Assembly: GCA_013239625.1 (NCBI GenBank)
Contig: MU055744.1
Location: 464,355 to 528,354 of the forward strand
Source of the DNA: Lama guanicoe
Lineage: Eukaryota
Direction of reading: 5' to 3'
Length of the DNA: 64,000 bases
The notes below the pieces were generated by a model. That model was not told the origin of the DNA. It worked only from the letters and a program-made list of their open reading frames with translations, and searched no databases. Shown here piece after piece: positions 37,940-52,560 of the stretch. Made by a program: the position numbers and the translations under genes. Within the stretch, counting starts at the first letter, position 1. Every line of letters starts with the position of its first letter.

Positions 37940-40709
37940 GGGCAATGACCGACCCCCCACGGGGCTGCTGTCCCCTCCCTTCTCGCAGACGGAGCCTGGA
38001 GCCTGGCGCCTGCCCGGAGGCCCTGCGATTCCCAAGAACCCGGGCTGTTTCTCCTTCCCGGTGGCCTGTGAGAGCTTGGTCGCCCTCAGCGCACGGCTTC
38101 CATGAACTCTGCACGGGCGTCGGGACTCCAGGCACCAGAGGAGACCTCCGTGGGCAGTGGGGGCGGCAGGTCACCCGCCCCCGCCTCCCTCAAGAAGACC
38201 CCCGCGGAAACTAGGCACGCGGGGCTGGGAGTCTGGTGCTCTGGCCTCCGGGACCCCCAGAGAACTGCTGGGTTTTGCTTCCAAACCAAACTTTTAATAA
38301 AGATAATTCATGTACAGGTGCTCGCCATCAGCCGATACATCCAGCTCCTGGAATTCCGGGAGATTTAGTGGCAGGGTGGTGGTTTTATTTGCTCTCTGGT
38401 TGGAACCATTTTTCTTGCGTATTTAATATCCTGGAGGAGTACGTCCCGCAGCGAATCCGCAGTCTGAGGGTGCAAATCCGTTCTGAACCTGTCAGGCCAC
38501 TGTTTCGTCTTCTGGTGACTGGGAGCAGGTGTTTGTGTATTTGCTGTTTCCTGGGTCATTAGGGGAAATTAGGAAGCAGCCGGCCCACAACTGCAGCTGC
38601 AGCTGCGAAACAACCCTGGCCTGCGGTGCTTGGACCGGCTTCTACCGCGCTGCAGGCGGGGTGGCTGGGCGAGGGGAAGTCCGTGGCTTCCTGGAGTGTC
38701 TTACTGAGGTCAGAGTCTCCCGTCGGCCCGGCGAGGGCTTTGTGTGCGGCTCAGTCCAAGGGGACTTGCAGACGTGAAAGCATGAAAAGGCCTCCCACTT
38801 GGGAAAGTTTCAGTTGCGCCCGCGTCCCCCTCGCGCCCTCTTGCCTGGGGAGGGCTCCCAGCTAATGAGGATCTAATGAGGGATTGGGTGTCTCCTGTGC
38901 TGCCCCCTCCTCTCCTCCTCAGGGCTCAGGGCTTGGCACATCCAGCCCTCCCGGGGGCAGGAGAATCAGCTGCTGGGAAGATGGGCGGCCCAGGATGCGG
39001 GGAAGGCAGGAGGCGGCACCGATTCCTCCCTGGAGATGGGGGATGGGAAGCGTCCAGAAGGCGGGGAGCTCTGAGCTGGGGGGGCAGGAAGGCTGGTGGG
39101 GGGCGCAGGTGAGGACACTGAGGGGCTCAGAGTGCCGTGTGCTTGGAGGTGGAGACCCGCTTGCGGAGTGCGGGTGAGCGCAGGGGAGCAGGCAGAGGGG
39201 AAGGTTTAAGGTGCGATGGGGTCAGAGAGGGAGGGTGCCAGGCACAAGGTGGCCCTCCCCGCCCCCCCGCCCCCCCGCCCCCGCAGTACAGCGCAGTCTG
39301 CGTGGCCAGTGATGGGGGGTCGAGGGCCCGGTGTGCAGTAGAGGGGAGAGACGTGGCCCCCGAGATAGGTGGGGAGGGGGTCCCAGGAGTGGCCAGGCAG
39401 CCACCCCTCCCCTGCGACAAGTGGGGGGCCGCCGACCGACACCCCCAGCGCCTTCCCAGCATCCTCCTGTGTCTCCCTCCCTCCCCACCCAGCGGTTCAG
39501 GGCCCACCCGATTTCTCGGCTCTCACGGGGGAAGCTGGCCGCCATCCAGGGAACTACCCAGGTGAGCCCGGCCATGGGTGAAACCTGGCCAGTGGACATC
39601 TGCTGCTTCAGGGTGGTACTCCGGGGGGGCCGGGGAGCCTCTGCCCTCTTCTTCATCCCACATTTCCCCAAAGATTGGCCGGGGCCGGATCACAAGGGCC
39701 ACTGTAGTAAGCCGGCATGGTCCCCACGCCCCCAGCTGCCTGCTGCCCCGCCGGCTCCACATCTCAGCGGCTCCAGCCTCCGAGGGGCCCCGGGGACCAG
39801 AGTCGGACGTTCTCAGATGATCTCAGGTGGACACTGCGCAACCCAGCATTGTGACCACAGCTGTGCCCCACCTGAGTCCCGCCTGGTACCTGCCCAGCCT
39901 CTGTCCGGGACAGGGCACGGGACTCGGGGAGGCCCCCTGGGAGCACGTCAGCGCCTTTGCTTGCTGGCGTGTGTGAGGTGCCTGCTGGGCCAACCTCACG
40001 GGGGCAGCTGGCTCTTGCCCTGCTGCCCACCTGCCAAGGAGGCCCGCGGCCCCGAGCAGAGGGGAGGGTGGGAGGGCGGTGGGCGGCCCCCACATGCCAG
40101 GCCCGGCCTCGGCCTCCAGTGCTAAGGCCAGTCCTGACTCCTTCTCATGAAGAGTTACTTTGACCCGTTCCTTCTCTTGCCACACAGACTCCCAGGCCTC
40201 AAAAGGCTCCGTCCTGCAGAGACCTCTCCACCGGTCTTCTCAGAGGCGGGGCCAACAGCAGCGGCAGGCCCGGTGTGCTCGCCTGAGCTCCTCTGGCCTG
40301 TGAGGTTCTCCACGTCCAAGGCCCAGGGGCCCAGACCCTAGCCGGGGCTGGCCGCTCACTCCCTCACCCCAGGGCCCCTAGAGGGTGAAGTGGCCAGAGG
40401 GGCTCTGGGTCCGCCCAGCCCGCCCGTCCCAGATGCCCTCCAGCTGTGACCTGGAGGAGCCGGGGGGGGGTGGTGGTGGGGGGTTCCCAGTGGCGTAGTC
40501 CTGGATTCAGACCCACCCAGCGGGGAGGGGACCTCCAAGCTGCTTCTCCATCTCCGACTTTCAGGGGATGGGCCTTAGAGACCCCGTGCGGCTTGAGTCC
40601 AGACTGTGCCCCTTCGTCCCCGTCTGAGGGCGGCACGTGCGCGCTGGACTACGTCTGCAGGGATCTGAAGTCTCGCTCCTTTTAAAAGCTTCAGAAACGA
40701 CAAATGAGG

Positions 40710-41702
40710 CCAACGCATCTCCTAGTATTTTTATTGTTCCTCAGATAACCAGATAGGACAAAGCTTCCCTCCGTTTTACTTAAAAAACGTCCTCTCCGCC
40801 TATGGTTGCCCTCAGGAGCACTTCCTTCCCGCTGGAAACGAAGCCCCGTCGATGGGCCCTTCTCATCCGAGGTTACATCATTCAGGTAATTTAACAGGAA
40901 GAGGATACCGCCTTTAGCTGTCATCCACACGAACGTGGTCGCCCCGCTAGGAGGGTGAACACTGACGTGTGTTTTTTTTTTCTTCTTAGAAACAAAAACC
41001 ATTCACTTATCAATCCAAACTACGGCATTGCATCTACAACATTCACGGCATGAACTAATCGTACAAGTCACCACCTGGAGGAAACGACAGACGGACGTGG
41101 TGCGATGGGCCTACGGGGCACTCGGAGTCACACGGCGGGGCGCACACCTGTCCGCCCCGCACACGCCGGCCACCGCTCGGCGGGACGAGACTCGGGGCCA
41201 CGGCTACTTGGAGTCTCGGCACAGTTAATCTAAGACACAACACACGGTCGAGGGACAGCAGTGGTGGTGGGATGCGGGTGACACTAGCCTAGGGCGCCCC
41301 TCCGAGGCCGAGCGGGGCCGGGCGGGGGGTCTCAGGGAGACACGACACTATGTCCATCGAGCTGACCACGATCTACGGACAAGTCCATGCGAGCCTAACA
41401 GTGGGTTGTTCTCGGCGAGGATTGGCCAACAGTCATCGCCTTGCTTCTTTAGGACGTTCATTGACCAGGGCGGGGGACCAGGGAGCCCTGGACTGCAGTT
41501 CCAGCTGCAAATACGGGGACTTCCTCCCACGCCGGCTGCCCTCCGGCTGGGGCTGGAGACACACGGCGGCAACGCCACCCCGCGACGCCGGAGTCCACGT
41601 CGCTGATGATGGCTCAAAGTTAGCACTGTTCGTCTGGCTCGGACTGCTCCGGCAGCTGCGTCGCAGGCGTTTCCACGTGGGCGAGGACGCGGCCCCGTGG
41701 GA
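40710..41702 (-). other. OLFM1: 3' UTR of long (Z) OLFM1 isoforms (end approximate)
   Basis: About 1 kb between the TAG stop and AATAAA at 40730-40735; distal part is AT-richer than its surroundings. Confidence 0.8.
40730..40735 (-). terminator. Polyadenylation signal of long OLFM1 isoforms
   Basis: + strand tttatt = AATAAA on minus; the first such hexamer I found downstream of the stop. Confidence 0.8.
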
Positions 41703-42974
<1,272 letters not shown>

Positions 42975-44675
42975 TCATTAACTTGGCATTTGAGGAACCT
43001 TCGAGGGTAACCCCTCCTTGTCACGCCCAGTCTGGGGGTGCCTCTCCCCAAGGAGCGTGGGTTCCAGAGGCTCTGATCATCCAAACCAACCATGAGGCCC
43101 ACGTCTGGGGCCACAGAGAAAGGGGCTCCGACAATCGCTTAGGTGCCGGCTGACTCGAAAGCTGTCTAGACCTTGTACAAAACGCTTTAGACACTTTCAA
43201 CCAATGTGGGAGCAAATTAGAAGGCAGTGCAGCCAGTCAGAGGGAAGCCTGGGCTGAAGCCGCCCCGGCGCGTCTGCCGGGCAGTGAGACGGCCGCCTCC
43301 TCCGCCGGGGGCTCTGGCTGCAGCAGAGGTTGGGGCGTGGGGGCTTCCACACGCCGAGGTACATGTGCGGTAAAACGGAAAAAACTCCTGTAACCTTGTT
43401 CCCGAGACGCCGTTCAGACGCTCAGAGACAGATGTGCTTTTTGTGTTTTAACGCGATTTGTAAAAAAACCGTCTCGTGAGGCTTTTACTGTCTTTAGCCT
43501 CCCTCAGACCAGCCCCAGCGATGGGGGTCACGGGGCAGAACGGGGCAGGTGCGGTGCTGGGGGTGTCGGGGGTGCGCGGTGCTGTGCGGGCCTCCCCGAC
43601 ATGCTCCACTTGGTCGCCTCCTGGACGGGGGCTCACTGCTTCTTTCAAGACCCAGCTCGCGTGGCACCCCCTCTGCATCCTGTCGGGAAGGAACGGTCTC
43701 GCCCGCAGCGGGAGGAATGTGTTCCCACGTCTGGCTCCCCACCAGTGGGCCTTCGATGGTGCAGACCCTGCTGGGGCTGCTGGGAAGCTGCTTAAAGGGA
43801 GCCCTCAGCCGACCGACCGGGCGAGAGGGGAGGCGGGGGGCAGTCCTCGCCAGAGACTTCACCGGGGAGTGAGGGTTGAAAAGGGGGCCCCAACACTGTC
43901 CCTGCTCGCACAGAGAAAAGACCGAAGGGGCACTCGTGTGCACCGAGCGGTGCGGACTCTGGGCTGCCCTCCGGCCACACCGCACGGCGTGCCTGCGGAT
44001 TTCGGTAATTTAACCTTCCGGAGCGGGGATTCCGTAGGAAATGTATAAAATACCTGGGTGACTCTGACACTGTGTAAATGATCGGGAAGGACTTTTAAAC
44101 ACTCAGCTAAGCTCACTGTTGTCTGTGAAATGGTTGTGTTTCAGCGACGAGAGCGCTTCCTCCGAAGCACGGCTTCCTGGGGGCCAGAGGCTCCCTTTCT
44201 GACGCCGGACGTGTGACGTGAGTGGGCCTGGGACTTCCGCGGTGGAAGCAGGCCAGTGGGAGGCCCGGCGGACGCCGGACCCTGGAAGGGTCCGTAGTCA
44301 GATCGGGGATCCCCCCGGGGGAGCGGCACAGCCTGGGGGCACGAGAGCCTGGCTTCTGGCGTCTGGGTGCCATCGGGACCACGTGGGCCTGCCACCGCTG
44401 AGGGATGGCCACTTCTGGGCAGGGTGGAGGACCCAGGAGCCCCGCACACTGCCCAGCACACAGCTGGTGCTCAATAAATGAGCTAACCTGGTTCTAACAG
44501 TTCAGCACAGAGGCAGGGGACCAAAAAGCCCCTTCGAGGACTCCCCCACTGGGGTCCCACAGCAACTCCCCCCGCCCCCGTTTGGCCACACCCCCGTTAC
44601 CTCGCCTCCCGCCCCGTGGCCGCCTTCACGGAAGCCAATATCGATTCTTTCTTTTCTGAAGCCAATTATTGGTCT

Positions 44676-44677
<2 letters not shown>

Positions 44678-44721
<44 letters not shown>

Positions 44722-44728
44722 CGCGTGT
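44678..44728. repeat. (TG)16 microsatellite followed by CG/TG alternation
   Basis: Directly visible. Confidence 0.95.
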
Positions 44729-46702
44729 GATCAAAATTGGATGGAAGCATGGAAAAGATCAAAACAAAACAAAACAGCGCTCTTCCAGATCGATGGCGGG
44801 GCCTGGGGACAGGCCCCTTAGCAGCTGTGAGGTGGAGGCCGTGGTGCTGCGCTCACAGCCTGGGACAGGGCTGCCAACTGCCCAAAGGCTCGGAGCCGGC
44901 CCCCAGGTCCCCGGCCAGCGAGCTGGGTCCCTCCCTCTCCCCATGCAATTGGCTCCCACCAGGGAGGCCTCCCCCTCCCGCCTCCCACCACCAGGGCCCC
45001 CTTTCCTGGAGGGGGATCAAGTCATCGGGCAGAAGAGGGACAGGTGCTTTCCTAAGGCATCCATCACCGCCTCGAAGGCCTCGCCCGCCTGCATCCTCAC
45101 TGCCCAGGAGCCCTGCTGCTCGGTGTCTGAGAAAGCACAGTCGGACGGACGCTCACCGCAGCAGAGGAGGCTGACACGGAAGTGGGGACCGAGGGTGCAC
45201 GGGCGGCGTGAGGCTGGGGTGAAACACTCCAGACCGGGGTTCGTCCTCGGCGGCACGCACCAAGGGCACAAATCCCGATGGGCCTGCTGTGTTTCTGGGG
45301 GATGTGTGTGGTGGGGAGAGGGCAGTGGGAGGGGACGGACTCAGCAGACTCAGCTCAGAATGGTTAATAAGACCATTGATCGGCCCTTCCGGAGAGCTCG
45401 GGCGAGTCACGTGACCCTGCTCACCCTGGGTTTTCTCGTTAGCACAGCAGAGCCCACTCCGACCCCCTGGATGGAGGGTGGCTGTGGGACCACACCAGGA
45501 GAGGCACGCGGCACTCCACTGAGGGCTGGGCGCACGCGCAGCTGCCTCGTGGGCACCGACGTGTTTCTTCCAGGATAAACACAGAACGTGCCCCACCAGG
45601 CACACGGGACTGCGCCCAGGGCCTGCTGACATCGTCTGGCCGTCACCCCTGTATTGCTGTCGTTACCACCCACAGCTGCGGCAAGAGCTCGCTGTAGGGG
45701 AACTCGGGCCAGACGTGGGGTTTTCCAGGTGAGACGCGGATGAAACCGAAGACCAGCCGGGGTAATAATTGGCCAATTAAACTGTTAATTGGTAATTAAT
45801 GCGTAATTAATCGGCCAATTGAATTGTTAGAAAACTTCCAAGCACCAGCTAGCTGTCACGATTCAGAAAACAAAACAAGCACAAATTTCACCCCGAAATA
45901 CCCCAGCCCGGTCGTCTCTGGGGTTTGCCGCCCGTCGCCAGCGGCTCCCGGTCTCTGCCGGCAAACGCGGGCCGAGCTCTGAGAGGAGGCTGGGGGCCTG
46001 CTAGGGGTGGTGGGAGCTGGGGCCTCTTCCCCCGGAGGTTGTCTGATAAAGAGCCTCACAGAAAGCCCGACATCGTCCCCAGGAGGAGAGGGTGTCCCAG
46101 AGGGTGGTGCCACCCCCGTTCTAACTAGAAGCCACCACTTCCTTCTAAAGGATGCGGGTGGGGCAGGGGGAGGCACCGAGATCAGAAAACTCAAGATCCA
46201 TTCCCGTAAGAATTCTCCAGACGAGGCTCAGAGGCGCTCGAACTGCTAAGCGGCTTTTCCCACCCGCCCGGGGGAGCAGCTGTGTTTTTTTAAGGGTTTA
46301 TTAAGCGGCTGGCTAGGAAAGGCCCCGGACTGCTGACAGTCCCCGTGGGGGCCGGCGGCCAGGCTGTGGACCAGCGAGGGCGCGAAGCCCCAAGCTCCTG
46401 TCCTCCGAGAACCAGAGCCCTGGGCGTGCAGAGCCGCCCTCCGGCGAAATGCTCCCAAAGGATGCTGCGGTGACGGGCGTGGTCCCCGCCCGGCGGCCGA
46501 GCGCCACCCAGCCAGCCAGCCAGCCTGCCCCCTGCCCCGCACACCCACAAGGGACGCCAGCAACAGAGCCAGGCCCCCCCACTCCGATCCAGGCAGATGT
46601 GCCTCTGGGCTCCTTTTTTTCTGAGTTTTACCCGGGGGAAACGTCTGCGATAAAAGAACGGGGCTTTCTTCCTAAATCAAAAAAGAACACGAGTTTCCAT
46701 CA

Positions 46703-47449
<747 letters not shown>

Positions 47450-50400
47450 TCATCTCAAGCAGCGACTCCGGAACTGGCACCCTCCACGGCGCGGGGCTCA
47501 GCGCCCTGTGCCCCTCCAGCAGCTAGAGCCAGGCTGGGAGGAAGGCCGCCTTCCCACGGGAGGCCCTGTGAGCTTCCCCGCAGGGTGAGGGCCCCCTTCT
47601 GCCCGGAGGAGGAGCCCAGGGGCTGGAGGCTGGGGTTTAAGAGCGGGGAGCGTGGGTGGGGACGCCAGCGCCCTCCCATCTCACAGGCGGAGGCTGGGAC
47701 ACACCGGGGCCGCACCGCCACTCAGGCAGGGCTGAAGCGGGGGCCCACCCTCCCGACTCAGCCCGGCGCCCTTCCCACAGCCCCGTGGGCCCCCCAGGCT
47801 GCCCCCGCCGGCCAGGGGCGGCCAGAGAGTCAAGCAGGAACCCCCTCCTGCCACCTGGACGCCAGCCTGCGTGCACAGCGCCCGCAGCCTTCCGGAATAG
47901 ATAACCTCAGCCGGCCTCAGAGGGGCAGTGCTCCCGCGCCCGGGAGCCGACCCGCCCCTCGGGCAGGAAGCGGGCGCTGCTCGGAGGGCAGGTCTCTGCG
48001 ACGACCCCTCCCCCCCGCCCCGGGCCAGGCCGGCTCTGCCAGACTGCCCCGCGTGAGCGTCTGTGCACGGGCGGCTGTGAAGTTCAGGGAAGAGTGCCGG
48101 TGACTTAGCCCGGAGACCGCGACTTGGACAGGAAAATCCCGCGGAGCACCGCCGGCCAGGCCCGGGAGGGCCACGCCCGCCTCTCCAGCCTCCTCCAGCT
48201 CCAAGAGGGGCAAGTCAACGCATCAGCATCACTGAATGAGCCCAGGGAGGGACCCTCGACCCGGCCCTGCCCAGCGCCTGGCGCTGCCACGCTGTGGTGG
48301 CGGGAGAGCCCGCATCTGGGCAATGCGGGGCTCTGGGCAGGGACTAGGAGCCGGCTGTAAGCAGAAGAAATGTGGCTTTACACCCAGATTCTCATCAAGT
48401 CACGCTGCCCCGCTCCCCGGGCTGCTGCCTCTGGCCCACATTTGAAAAAAACAAACAAAAAACAAAAACAAAGCCACCACTACTTTTAGGGTCCCATCTC
48501 TTCCCCGTGTGTGTCTGGCTTGTTCCCCTCTCAGAAGGAGTTACGCACTTTCCCACCTAAATCCCGTCCCCTCCCGGCCTGAGGCCTGAGGCTCCCCAGC
48601 AGCCCGTGTGCGGCCCCTGTGGAGCGCACGTCTGCCCGCCCCGCCCCGCCCACAGCACCCCCAGCCCGTGAGGCGCGACAGACTCAAGCGGGACCGGACG
48701 TTGCGTCCAGGGCAGCTGGCGTCTACTGCGACTGGAAGGAAGGAAACGCAAGTGGGTTTCTGGGAATCTCATGGGAACGCGGCTGCCCACGGGAGCCCCG
48801 GACCGCGCTTTCATCCCACGGTGGCCCTGGGGCTTCCAGGTGGGGTTCCCTGAGGGTCCCGTCGGGAGGGGGCCCCTCACAGCACTCTCATTGTTCCTAT
48901 GACCCCGGGGAGGGGCCTCTGGGCTGCCCCTGGGGGACAGCAGGCCCTCCGAACTGGATGGGAACTGGGGGGTGCTATTAGGGGCCATCTCGCACCAGCA
49001 ACAGCCCTCTCCCTGCCGCCGGGAGGCCAGCGCCCACTAAGATGGCCCAGTGTCCCGTGCAGGGCCTCCCCGCCGCTGAGGTGCTTTGGCCGCCTGGAAG
49101 GACAAGCCCAAAGGTGCCATGGCCCCAAGGGTGTCAAGGTCCGGGGCTGGGTGGGACCCCTGCTGGTCTGCATCGCCGACACATCTCCCAGTGGGACGCC
49201 CGCTCTCGCCAACGCCCTAACCCAGCCGGCAGCGTCCACACCCGACCTGCGATGAGCGCCCCCCACGGAGACAGACGCAGAAGGTGCAGGTGGCGGGTGG
49301 ACGCCCGCGGCTCTTCTGCCTCCACACCTTCGCTCAGGCCAACCCCTCACCGGGGCGCCGTCCCCACCCCGCGCCCGCCTGCCCGCCTGCCTTCTGTGCC
49401 TGGACCCACACTCATGTCTCTGCAGAGCCCCCTCCCTTCTGAACGGCACGCACCCTGGCACCCTGCCTCCCTGCCTCCCTGCCTCAGGCTGGGCCCTCAG
49501 CCCCGGGGTGGACGGGCGTCTGGCTCTCACCGCCCCAGGCGGGACGCCGCGGCACTCGCTCATCACCTGCACCCCCACCCCACCAACACGGCTCGGCCTG
49601 GGGAGCGGCCCAAAGGCATAAACGGACAAACGGGCGGATGACTCCTCTCTCAGGTCCTGAGAGGCGAAGTCATCCATCTCTCAGAAAACCCTGCTTGGCT
49701 TCGCATCCTGGTGGAGGGGTTGGGGTGGGGGGACAGGCTGCCTCTGCGCAGCACGGCCTAGATGGAGGGCTGCCTTATCTGCACAGGGGCCTCACGTCTG
49801 AGGTGGCCGTGGGGGGTTAAGCAGTTAACGAGGGGAGCCTTAGCAGGATGCCCGAAGCAGAGGAAGTGCCGGCAAGGCCAGCAGCCACCAGCAGCACCGG
49901 GCACTCGCCCTGAGACTGTCCAGGCCAGGGGCTGCGCTGGACGGTCCCACTGCGTCCAGGAGAAGGACACCAGTCTGCGGGCGGGGGTGGGGGGGTCTGC
50001 AGCGGTCTCCCACTCCCTCCCCTGCCCGAGGGGCTAAGCCCGCCCTCCCCCGGCCCTTGGAGGGAGCCCTAAAACCACGGGTTAGAGCCGGCAGAGGAGG
50101 CCCAGCTGGCCCGGGAGCCCCCCGTCAACCTCCCGGCTGCGGGCTCAGCTCTCCGCTGGGGCTGAAGGCTGCCCGCCCTGACTGAGTCAGGGAGCTATTT
50201 TTGGTTCTCTGTCCAGACTGGTTCTGCCAAGACCTCGGGAACTGACAGGGTCTGAAAAAGCCCCGAGGCAGAGCCGCGAGGCGGAGTCTTGGCACATTCA
50301 GTTCGGGAAAGTGTCCCTCTCTTGTCACGAGCGCTCAGGATTTGTGTCCAGGGAAGGGAGGGGAGGGCAGAGGCCAGCAGGTGCCCAGCAGAGGAGGCTG

Positions 50401-51844
50401 GGCTCCCGCACAGCTCAGCCAGCTGGAAGGGCCTGAGCCCGGCAGCCTGGGGTGGGTCTCTGGGGGCCGCCCGCCGAGCTGGGAGCGTGGACGAAGCAGG
50501 GCCCCTGCGGCTGAAGTCACCTGCCTCTTGCTGTTCCTAGAAGGAGGCCACATCTGAATGACAGCCCAGGTGATCTCCCAAAGGGGCCTGGAGTGACATG
50601 CCCACCGAGCACGCAGGCCAGAGACCAGACTGAGGGGGCTGAGTGCCCCACAGCAGGCGGACTGGTCCTGGGACTGCCTGGCCTCCGGGCGCATCTCCCT
50701 TGGCCCCAGCTTTTGCCCCTTAAAGACTAGGGACAGTTAAGCCGGAAGAGTTTGCAAAGCTGGCAACTTAGACAGACTAACGTCCCTGCAGACAAAGTGA
50801 CCCGGTGGGCAGCAGCCTCCCTGCACACAGGCCGCACGACCAGGCCCAGGCCGGTCGGAGACCTCTCGCCATGCGAAACCCCGAGCACTACCGGGAAGGA
50901 ACCCGGAGGGCCTGCCTGATGCCTGCCGGGACCCCCCGAGGCCGTGCCGTGAGCAGCACTTGGACTTGGGTTCCCTGCCTCCCTGCTGTTCTATGGGTCC
51001 CCTGCAGACGGAGATTGAGGCACCCTAAACTTCTCTCTCCATCCTGAATGCAAAACCCGCGTGTGCCAAGTCATCCACTATCCTTGGAAGCAGCTCACTC
51101 ACCAGCTCCATCCAAGGCCCGGGGCGGAGGTAAGGGCCCCTCTCTCTGCTGCACTGACCCTTCCTGTGGAGGCCGTGAGAACCGGGGTCCCAGGACGGTC
51201 CAACCCGGGGAAGCCCTGAAATGAGGGGGCTTCCCACGTCTTACAGACAAGAAAGCTGAGGCCTGACACTGACAGGTGTGTGCCGTGCCCGGCCAGGCGG
51301 CCTGGCCGAGCGGGGTTTTGTGCTAATCTTAAGTCTCTGGTGTAGGGGCCGGGCCGTGCTCTGCAGGCTCTCCGTGGGGTGACGGTGAAAGCTCAGGGGG
51401 ACGGGGTCGCCGGGCAGCTCTGCTTCTCCCTCTCTCGGGAGCAGAGGAGCAGCGGAAGAGCCACGAGGACCTGCCTCCCGAGAGGACGCCCGGAGAGACA
51501 GCCCAGAGCCCGGTTCTAGAGCTCGGAGTTTCAGGTTCCAGTTCTGGCCGCCAGGAAAAAACACACAATCCCGTGGAGAGAGGGCTTCTGAAATGGAAGC
51601 AGGGAGCCAGCAGGACCAGCCATCCGTTGTTTTTCTCCCCGAGTGTGTTCTGGGGTCAGGAATCTCAGCAACATGGATTTGGGGACAAGGAGGGAACGGA
51701 TCACGGCTCCTCTGGGGAGCTGTGGAGGGACCCTCCCTGTCCTCACACCAGGGGGCAACCAGACGCTGCTCCCTAGACCAAGGCTTTTACCAGCCAGCAT
51801 CGGACCCGGGGGCGGGAGCAGGGGCGGGGGGAGGGAGGACCCCG

Positions 51845-51904
51845 NNNNNNNNNNNNNNNNNNNNNNNNNNNNNNNNNNNNNNNNNNNNNNNNNNNNNNNN
51901 NNNN
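51845..51904. other. Assembly gap (60 N) inside a GC-rich patch
   Basis: Run of N. Confidence 1.
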
Positions 51905-52124
51905 CGCCCCGGCGCACGCGCTGGCCTCCCCGTTTCCCGCTCATCCGCGACCTCCCCGCGAGGAGACTGCTGCTAAGACGGCAGTACTTGCACGGCCAAA
52001 ATAAAGACTAAACCAGGTGGCCACAGGACGACAGCTGGGTCTTTGTCACTGAGCTTGAACGGACACCTAGGAAAAGGGAGGAACAGTGGCAGCTAAATCC
52101 CCCTACCGACCGGCGGACCGGCCG

Positions 52125-52285
52125 ACCCACCCACCCACCTACCATCCGTCTGCTGGCCTCCCTCCCTGCCTGCCTGTCTACCCCCTCATCTGTCTACCTA
52201 CCCACCCACCCACCTACCATCCGTCTGCTGGCCTCCCTCCCTGCCTGCCTGTCTACCCCCTCATCTGTCTACCTACCCACCCACC
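52125..52285. repeat. Perfect tandem duplication of a 75-bp unit (2 copies plus partial) in a C/T-rich low-complexity tract
   Basis: Units start at 52125, 52200 and 52275; degenerate continuation to about 52390. Confidence 0.92.
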
Positions 52286-52464
52286 TTCCTTCCTTCCGCC
52301 TGCTGGCCTCCCTCCCTCCCTCCCTATCCTGGCTGTCTCTCCATCTACCAATCACACCTGCCTATCTTTCCCTACTACCTACCTGCCTACGTGTCCGGCC
52401 ACCTCCTACTCTGCACCGGGCAGTGCACAGCCCATGATGTGAGTAGTGTCTGTGGACTTGCACA

Positions 52465-52560
52465 GGGACCCCTATACCTTCCTTTTACAGATGAAGAGGT
52501 GGCTGAAATGCGAAGTGGTCAGTGTCTTGGGAGAGCCACATGGCCAGCAAGTGCCACTTA
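52465..52560 (-). mobile_element. MIR fragment
   Basis: ccttttacagatgaaga ... gccacatggccagcaagtg. Confidence 0.6.

Noticed and set aside
1-40700. Hundreds of 60-390 aa ORFs (for example 30699-31859, 33881-34999, 34044-34991, 19404-20363)
   Set aside because: Pro/Gly/Arg/Ala-rich, overlapping in all six frames, mostly non-ATG starts, no recognisable domains, and often running through repeats. This is expected from stop-codon scarcity in GC-rich mammalian DNA.
52125-52390. CRISPR-like or coding tandem repeat (PTHPPTYHPSAGLPPCLPVYPLICL x2)
   Set aside because: No spacers, eukaryotic context and a low-complexity unit; it is a simple tandem duplication.
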